Source: a virus. From it: a stretch of 64,000 bases of DNA. The stretch lies in IMG/VR virus record IMGVR_UViG_3300028364_000018, positions 1-64,000 of that record; one strand, given 5' to 3'. The position numbers and the translations under genes are program-made. The notes beneath the pieces are model-generated. The model was given only the letters and a program-made list of their open reading frames with translations, did no database searches and was not told where the DNA came from. Positions 58,011-64,000 of this stretch are shown piece after piece (within the stretch, counting starts at the first letter, position 1; the number at the start of each line of letters is the position of its first letter).

Positions 58011-58808
58011 ATGAAAACTGTTCATTATACATCGGGACTTCCGAGAGCTTGCTCCAGCCTCCTCCAAAACCTCCTTGCCCAGAATCCTCAAGTCCATGCC
58101 ACGGCCACAAGCGGTGTGCATGAGATAGGGTATATCGCCCGTGGGTTCTTTGACACGGAAGAGTTCAAGACTTTCAAGAACCCACTTGACGGAGAACAGC
58201 AATACTATGACTTCCTCCGTGGCGGTATTCAATCCGCTTTCGACTCCCGTACAGACAGACCGATTGTGGTTGATAAGTGTCGTTCGTGGGTGGGGCACCT
58301 AGACCAACTCTTCAAAGTCTTTCCCGATGCAAAGGTGCTTGTTCCTGTTCGTGATGTCCGTGGAATCCTGACTTCCCTTGAGAAGAAACGAGCGCAACAC
58401 CCTTCACGATTTACGGGAGTGGAAAAAGCTAACCCGCAAAACTGGACGACCGTTGAAAAGCGGGCACAAGGTTGGCTTTCGATCCCACCCCTTTCAATCG
58501 CTCTTGAGCGCATTCATGATGCGGTGCGTACCCATAAAGGCAGGCTTCACTTTGTACACGCTGAAGACCTGACAAACGATCCACAAGAAACGATGAACAA
58601 GGTCTGGTCGTATCTGGGGATGGATCCATTTGTACACAACACCAATAACGTGGAACAATACACCACCGAACATGAGCTTGGATTCCCCTATGGGGACCAT
58701 AAAATAAGACCCAAGATCGAACCGCTTAAAAAAGAGTGGAACGAGGTATTGGGCAGAGATTTATCAAGCGCAATCGCAACAAAATTCCAATGGATAAACG
58801 AATTATGA
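58011..58808 (+). CDS. sulfotransferase family protein
   Basis: SGLPRACSSLLQNLL..NP; VDKCR; VRDVRGILTS; HAEDL. Confidence 0.85.
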   Translation: MKTVHYTSGLPRACSSLLQNLLAQNPQVHATATSGVHEIGYIARGFFDTEEFKTFKNPLDGEQQYYDFLRGGIQSAFDSRTDRPIVVDKCRSWVGHLDQLFKVFPDAKVLVPVRDVRGILTSLEKKRAQHPSRFTGVEKANPQNWTTVEKRAQGWLSIPPLSIALERIHDAVRTHKGRLHFVHAEDLTNDPQETMNKVWSYLGMDPFVHNTNNVEQYTTEHELGFPYGDHKIRPKIEPLKKEWNEVLGRDLSSAIATKFQWINEL

Positions 58809-59362
58809 AATACGCAATAACAGGACCAAGAGGACGGATATTTAATATCCTAGACGAAGAACCGCAACGGGAGCATTCTTCTCTTACGGACGAACAAGCG
58901 GTGCAAGCCTCCGAGGGTATCTGGTTCATCGTCGAAGGTGAGTTAAAAACACAGGCGGAGTTCCGTGTAGTGGCACAGGCACAGAGACAGGCTGAACGCA
59001 TGACTGAGCTGTATGCTCAAGACCCGGCCCAAGCCAAGGCACACAAACGCCAAGCGCTATCGGATGCACGCTACCAAGCGGAGATAGGAGGCACGACCTT
59101 CAACGGCATCCCCCTCCGCACGGACAGGCAGACGCAGGCAACGCTCACAAGCGCGATGCTCTTTGCGCAAGCCGATGCAAACTTCACGACTGACTGGAAG
59201 CTGGGCGATGGGCAATTTATCACGCTGGATGCCGCGACTGTCATCGGCCTTGCGGGTGCGGTTCTCTCCCATGTGCAGACGCAATTCACGCGGGAGAAAG
59301 ACCTAAATGCCCTTGTCGATTCCGCGACTACCGCCGAAGAACTTAACACCATCACTTGGTAA
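58805..59362 (+). CDS. DUF4376-like tail-fibre-associated protein
   Basis: RYQAEIGG..TDRQTQATLT..WKLGDGQFITLDA..VQTQFTRE; start at 58805. Confidence 0.7.
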   Translation: MKYAITGPRGRIFNILDEEPQREHSSLTDEQAVQASEGIWFIVEGELKTQAEFRVVAQAQRQAERMTELYAQDPAQAKAHKRQALSDARYQAEIGGTTFNGIPLRTDRQTQATLTSAMLFAQADANFTTDWKLGDGQFITLDAATVIGLAGAVLSHVQTQFTREKDLNALVDSATTAEELNTITW

Positions 59363-59372
59363 CAAATAAATT

Positions 59373-59762
59373 ATGACAAAATTACTACTAACGATTTGCA
59401 TCCTGACTTTTACAGGGTGCTCAACTCCTACCCCGTCTGACTCCAAACCTGTACCGGAAAACTACATGGGGCATCCTACGCTCACGCGTGGGCTTTTCCG
59501 AGAGCTACATGGCTCCTACTTTAACGAGACCGCTGAAAGTCGTATGGTGGTGCGGGTTGAGATGGGCACTGAGTATCAATACGAGTACTCCTCACGCCTC
59601 TACGAAAATAAGCTTACCTATGAGTTCCGCGTTTGGATCGGTAATACGCAAACGGATTTTGATCGAGCGGTAAGCGACATCATGGCGACGATTAAAACCC
59701 TGCCAGAAGAGGATTGGGGTAAGCTTGATGTCGGTCTAAATTATGATCGGGGTCAGCTATGA
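59373..59762 (+). CDS. lipoprotein
   Basis: Signal peptide with lipobox FTGC. Confidence 0.7.
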   Translation: MTKLLLTICILTFTGCSTPTPSDSKPVPENYMGHPTLTRGLFRELHGSYFNETAESRMVVRVEMGTEYQYEYSSRLYENKLTYEFRVWIGNTQTDFDRAVSDIMATIKTLPEEDWGKLDVGLNYDRGQL

Positions 59763-60736
59763 CGTTTCGGGTCGATGATCATGGGGCATCTACCCCGCCT
59801 GATGTAATTCGGGTTTTGGTTAATGATACCTGGGGCGGAGAATTGCACCCCGCGCAAGCCAAGCTGTTTCCTTGGGCAGATGTCCGTCGATTGGACTACA
59901 AAGCTCTACGCAATCCGCACGGTCACATGGTTCTTGTAGAGTTTCTGCTTGCTTTAAAACGTGCACACATCGAAAAATACGGGATACTTCCAAACCGCGT
60001 AGAGGTTGATATGTTTCCGTTTTTAGAGATGCAACGCAAGTATCCAGATAGCTGGTTTACAAATATTGCAAAGAAAAAGTATCATGCCGTAATCAATTCT
60101 TGGGGGGATGCCTCTCGCTCCATTTTAGACATGGCCTTTGCCAAATCTAAATTTGCTCAATCCGATAAGCGTAAACGCATTGAGGATGCTGTAGGTGACA
60201 CGCTCCTTTTTTGGGCTTCGGGAAATTCGGATGTTTCGGAGCGTGGAAAGCCTGATGTCCAGTTAAATCTAAATTATACGCAATACCTTTTACGGAGATT
60301 TATCGAGTCCTCAATCATTGTGGGCAGCTGCGATCAGGTTGGATTGCCGTCAACTTTTTCGTCCGATGGCTGGGTGGATGTCGCGTACCGCGGCGAAAAT
60401 ATCTTGTTGTACAATCCGATCAACCGCAAATACCAAAAGGGTCAGGGCACAAGCTTTTCAAATCCTGCGGCCTCCGGTGACTGTGTAGGCCGTGGCCTGT
60501 TTACTGCTGAGGGCGTAAGAGCCTATTTCAAGGCTCGAGCAACCTCTCATCCATCTTGGGATGGGGACAAGTTGCATCCTAAATTTGGTGAGGGTGTGAT
60601 CGTTTTTGATGGTGAGAAGCAAGTCACGAGTGATGTGCTGGCGATGCCGCTATCGTGGCACGATAATAAAAAACTGACCGTGTTTAACCACCGCCGATTT
60701 ATTAGCGGTTTGAAACTTCGTCGGGTGAGTCGATGA
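59759..60736 (+). CDS. subtilisin-like (S8) serine peptidase
   Basis: VLVNDT (Asp), PHGHMV (His), WASGNS (oxyanion Asn), GTSFSNPAASG (Ser). Confidence 0.7.
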   Translation: MTFRVDDHGASTPPDVIRVLVNDTWGGELHPAQAKLFPWADVRRLDYKALRNPHGHMVLVEFLLALKRAHIEKYGILPNRVEVDMFPFLEMQRKYPDSWFTNIAKKKYHAVINSWGDASRSILDMAFAKSKFAQSDKRKRIEDAVGDTLLFWASGNSDVSERGKPDVQLNLNYTQYLLRRFIESSIIVGSCDQVGLPSTFSSDGWVDVAYRGENILLYNPINRKYQKGQGTSFSNPAASGDCVGRGLFTAEGVRAYFKARATSHPSWDGDKLHPKFGEGVIVFDGEKQVTSDVLAMPLSWHDNKKLTVFNHRRFISGLKLRRVSR

Positions 60737-60945
60737 AGCTTAAGCTCCTTTGTATGGCTGCTTTAATCCTGCTTACTAGCGGATGCGTCTATGTTACGAT
60801 ATCAATCGTTGGTGTCCAGAATAGAAGCAACACCCTTTTACCGTCGGGCGAAGCGTTGACCACCTCGGATACTGATAGTACCGGCGGTGGTTCGGTAGAC
60901 GCAAAACTTTCGCCTTTAGATGAACCCTTGGAGATTGAATTATGA
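60733..60945 (+). CDS. small lipoprotein
   Basis: LLTSGC lipobox. Confidence 0.6.
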   Translation: MKLKLLCMAALILLTSGCVYVTISIVGVQNRSNTLLPSGEALTTSDTDSTGGGSVDAKLSPLDEPLEIEL

Positions 60946-61112
60946 AAAAGAAAATAAATAATTGGTACACCTTTGTAATTTGCTTTGTCTTACTGTTGCT
61001 CTGTCTGCTACCCCTTAGCGGATGCCGAACCTATTACAAATACTCTGATTGGGCCGAGGAGACTTTCGACCCTGATTTTACTCACCCTCAAATTGAAAAC
61101 CCAGCGGAATAA
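60942..61112 (+). CDS. small lipoprotein (56 aa, not in ORF track)
   Basis: MKKKINNW..LLPLSGC. Confidence 0.55.
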   Translation: MKKKINNWYTFVICFVLLLLCLLPLSGCRTYYKYSDWAEETFDPDFTHPQIENPAE

Positions 61113-61114
61113 TT

Positions 61115-61762
61115 ATGAAAAATAAAAATGGATCTACAACTTTTGAATGGATCGCCCTAATCCTAATCGCGGTCTTTGGCTTCTTTGTGCTTACAGCTTG
61201 CGCCCTAACACCAGACCAGCGGGACTCGTTGAATCGGTTATTCGCATTTGGCGAAGACGTATTCGAGGTCTATGACCAATTTAAAGACAACGGTGAAGAA
61301 GTACCTCCTACTCCCAACCCCGATCAGCCAGACAATGACCTTGGGGAATTTGTGGATTGTACTAAACATGGCAATTTCCTGTATAAGGTGGAGGGCGGTA
61401 AACGATACCAAAAAAGCGCATCTAAAGAGAAATGGTATCTAGTTGACTGCGAGGGGGTACACTTGCCTTATAGCAACTGGTGGCTATTAAAACTGGATTC
61501 GGAAACGGGCGGTCAAATGGCCTTACTGGTCCCATATAAATATAGAGGTTTAATTGCTTCTGTATCTGTAAATGGGGTAGGTGCAAATGTCCGTAACAAT
61601 ATTGCCAATGGTGGTCGGAGCCACTACTACTTCCCAGTCACAAAGGGCCCTTATGCGGTAGTAGTAACCCTCAAAGATGGTACTGTATTAACACATACTG
61701 TACCTGATGGCGCAATGCGTAGTGACAGACCCGGGCAAGCGGGTGAGGTTTGGGCAGACTAA
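61115..61762 (+). CDS. lipoprotein
   Basis: Hydrophobic segment ending VLTAC; Pro-rich linker; beta-rich domain. Confidence 0.6.
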   Translation: MKNKNGSTTFEWIALILIAVFGFFVLTACALTPDQRDSLNRLFAFGEDVFEVYDQFKDNGEEVPPTPNPDQPDNDLGEFVDCTKHGNFLYKVEGGKRYQKSASKEKWYLVDCEGVHLPYSNWWLLKLDSETGGQMALLVPYKYRGLIASVSVNGVGANVRNNIANGGRSHYYFPVTKGPYAVVVTLKDGTVLTHTVPDGAMRSDRPGQAGEVWAD

Positions 61763-62191
61763 TGGCCACACGATTATTTGTGTGACGTGCTTCCTAAACT
61801 TTGCACATCCAAGCAAGCGGCTGAGGTCTTCAAAGAGTTTATGATTTTGGATGGGGTACCAAAACGCATCTGGTACCCAAAATACAAAGGTGTGCAGCAT
61901 TTCGGGCCTCAGTTTGGCCGGGCTAAAGATCTGGAGGCGTTGGGCAGCCAGCCGGAGCCTGTTGTGATGTTGGGGTAAATTTTTTTGACCGCTAAATTTC
62001 GCTAATGAGATCGGTAAGAAATTGAGTCTTGTTCATCCCGCTTTTTTTAATGGCGATCATTAGCTTTTGATTTAAATCTTCGGGGAGCGTGAAAGAATGC
62101 CGATTGTGGTTGGGACCATCTGGCTAGATGGGGCGGTTGTTGGAGAGGACCAGAACATACAGGTGGAGTTGGTGGTCATCCCATAAAGGCC

Positions 62192-62226
62192 TTGACAAAC
62201 TGCTGACTCTAAGGCAATCTGCGTAG
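62192..62226 (+). promoter_or_regulatory. sigma70-like leaderless promoter
   Basis: TTGACA-17-CAATCT-6nt-ATG(62227). Confidence 0.55.
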
Positions 62227-62466
62227 ATGCCTATCCAACTCCGAACAACCGATAATAAGGTCCAGATTCTCACCCCGCAAACGCGGTTTGTGGAGGTTGT
62301 GGATGACCAACAGCATTTGGTATCCCTGGTCTGGCAGGACCAGGAGGGTCTAACTTGCGTGGCTAGTACCCCGGATAAGATGATCGACCGTTATTGCCGG
62401 ATGTTCGGACTGACGCCCTGCGAATCGCGAACACTACCCAACCACATGTTTCAGGACTCCCAATGA
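62227..62466 (+). CDS. hypothetical protein
   Basis: 79 aa directly after a promoter. Confidence 0.55.
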   Translation: MPIQLRTTDNKVQILTPQTRFVEVVDDQQHLVSLVWQDQEGLTCVASTPDKMIDRYCRMFGLTPCESRTLPNHMFQDSQ

Positions 62467-63140
62467 GCTTAATTCAGGGATTACAGGATATAGCAGATGC
62501 GCAGGATGAGCAGGTGGTGGTGTTCGACACCCCATTGACGGCACCCCCGGAAGTGATACTGGCTGTGGTGGAGAACACATCAGCAGACTCCCTTAAACTC
62601 GCTATATCAGCGGAGATCACCAGTAAATCCACCACGGGCTTCACCGCCTCCCTCAGTCAGACGACCAACAGTGCGAACTACAAGCTGAGTTGGTACGTAT
62701 CAGACGCCGGGGCGCTCGCGGCGCTGGTCAATACAGCGTTGGGTGGCCGGCGTATATCAGAGTTACCGACCGCCCCCACCCTGGAGGAGGGTGATACGCT
62801 GACGCTTATACGTCCCTACCCCTACCCGCATGCCATGCAGGTTCAATGGGGATCTACTGCCAATGGCTTGCTCAGGCGTACTGACGTACCGGTCTCAGAG
62901 GTAAGCCCGGGTACAGTAGGAGATTGGGCGGCGACTTCCAGTGGCTTCTGGTTCTACGGAGACAGTGGTTGGGTCCTGTATGAGGGTCAACCCGCTGTTC
63001 CACGCCTTAATTGGGTGGAGAGCGTACCGGCTGATAGCGATGCGCCTGGGACGGAGCGGGATGTGGTTTATGACGGCAACTACCTGAATCTTTGCGTTGG
63101 GCCCAACACCTGGGTACGCTTCCAGGGCCTCACTTTCTAA
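62463..63140 (+). CDS. tail-fibre-like protein (H-type-lectin-like N-domain)
   Basis: VVFDTPLTAPPEVIL..SKSTTGFT; RDVVYDGNYLNLCVGPNTW. Confidence 0.55.
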   Translation: MSLIQGLQDIADAQDEQVVVFDTPLTAPPEVILAVVENTSADSLKLAISAEITSKSTTGFTASLSQTTNSANYKLSWYVSDAGALAALVNTALGGRRISELPTAPTLEEGDTLTLIRPYPYPHAMQVQWGSTANGLLRRTDVPVSEVSPGTVGDWAATSSGFWFYGDSGWVLYEGQPAVPRLNWVESVPADSDAPGTERDVVYDGNYLNLCVGPNTWVRFQGLTF

Positions 63141-63174
63141 TTGACAACCACCAGTAACTACCTATACTCCGATT
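63141..63174 (+). promoter_or_regulatory. sigma70-like leaderless promoter
   Basis: TTGACA-16-TATACT-6nt-ATG(63175). Confidence 0.7.
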
Positions 63175-63492
63175 ATGAGCTACATTACTACAATCCCATT
63201 TGGTCCCGCTGTTTTCACCCTTGTGAATGGGGTGGGAAGCGGTAGTGGCATACCCCTTCCTGCGCTGGGATCCTCCGCAGAACCCCTGACAGAGGTCGAG
63301 CCCGACTTTAGTGGGTTGTACGAGGCCGCGGGAGAGGTACGCAAGATGTACCACCAAGCAGCTTCCTTCGTTCCTCCCAGCACTTGGGTGTTGATCGGCT
63401 CTGGCGCATACGAAGCCGGGGTGTTGAACATCATCTACTTTGAGAAGGTAGGTGCTCGGGTGGAGTACTGGGTAGCACAAGAGGAAGAGTAA
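63175..63492 (+). CDS. hypothetical structural protein
   Basis: 105 aa. Confidence 0.55.
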   Translation: MSYITTIPFGPAVFTLVNGVGSGSGIPLPALGSSAEPLTEVEPDFSGLYEAAGEVRKMYHQAASFVPPSTWVLIGSGAYEAGVLNIIYFEKVGARVEYWVAQEEE

Positions 63493-64000
63493 TGAGTTAT
63501 CGACAGGCATTACTACAGAATGGTTACTCGCTTGACCCTTTGTTCTTCCGTGATTTTTTCCCAAACGGATCGGCAATTCTTTCGACGCGGGTTTTGAGTT
63601 CGGACTTTGTAGGCTCCGACCTATTAACTTCCCGCCGCTCCAGTGACAATGCGGAACTAGGTTTTACCGCACCGGCAATCGCAGATGGGACGCTTACAAC
63701 TTGGGCAGGCGCGAATGATGGACTGGTTCCTACTTGGTACGACCAGAGAGTGCCTACTAATAAGGACTATATGTATTTTGGAGGTGCAAGTTCAGGGGAC
63801 AAGGTTGTTTTTGGTAGTCGTATAGAATTAACTGTAAACAATTTTATAATTAAATATAAAAACCTTATCGTAGACACTCCTAGTGATATTGATATTCTAA
63901 ACTTTGACACAGTGAGCAATGCACAAGCTGTTTGTTATCACAACACGACAAACGTCAGGGTCAGGGCATACAACTCTCCCTTTAATTTGTATAATATAAG
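63492..64000 (+). CDS. partial tail/carbohydrate-binding protein (open at window end)
   Basis: RRSSDNAE..TWYDQ motif of lectin/concanavalin-like tail domains; no stop before 64000. Confidence 0.6.
   Translation, partial: MSYRQALLQNGYSLDPLFFRDFFPNGSAILSTRVLSSDFVGSDLLTSRRSSDNAELGFTAPAIADGTLTTWAGANDGLVPTWYDQRVPTNKDYMYFGGASSGDKVVFGSRIELTVNNFIIKYKNLIVDTPSDIDILNFDTVSNAQAVCYHNTTNVRVRAYNSPFNLYNI

Noticed and set aside
1-64000. Alternative genetic code (stop-codon reassignment)
   Set aside because: Long conserved genes read through in the standard code and TAA, TAG and TGA all end genes; the InPase break is a frame change, not an in-frame stop
1-64000. Eukaryotic giant virus or bacterial chromosome origin
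   Set aside because: tmRNA, SD sites, sigma70-like promoters, portal/tail-type genes, one-strand dense small ORFs and absence of housekeeping operons point to a bacteriophage

Overview
A 64-kb slice of a jumbo (large tailed dsDNA) bacteriophage genome; every call below comes from reading the sequence, with no database searches. Almost all genes lie on the + strand; the only clear exception is an IS607 element. Virion/structural-type modules alternate with dense blocks of small early-type hypothetical genes. The virion-type modules include a putative portal, Gly-zipper and Pro/Gln-rich proteins carrying a recurring K-x-A motif, two pieces of a split multi-subunit RNA polymerase, and tail-fibre-like genes. 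Most of these modules start from near-consensus sigma70-like promoters whose -10 box sits exactly 6 nt before the ATG (leaderless). The early-type and RNA-gene blocks follow a second conserved motif, AATAAC-N12-GTTATATATAYTTGA. Other contents: tmRNA, six tRNA or tRNA-like genes (several non-canonical), three candidate structured ncRNAs, a Tad1-like sponge, an RRM protein, RdgC, dNMP kinase, Thg1 with kinase/phosphatase neighbours, two TnpB elements, a LAGLIDADG intein in the RNAP active-site motif, a BspA-type LRR protein, a sulfotransferase and an S8 protease/lipoprotein cluster. The most striking observations are: (1) eight attC-like (59-base-element) hairpins that organise small ORFs as an integron-type cassette array inside a phage; (2) an RNAP beta-prime polyprotein (pyrophosphatase half, lysozyme, polymerase) whose catalytic DxDGD motif reads DHDGN|intein...D|T and whose intein contains its own promoter and in-frame ATG; (3) a pyrophosphatase domain split in two by an inserted promoter; (4) re-wired tRNAs, including a G-1-less tRNA-His that matches the phage Thg1; and (5) fragments of the portal protein embedded in two unrelated small genes.
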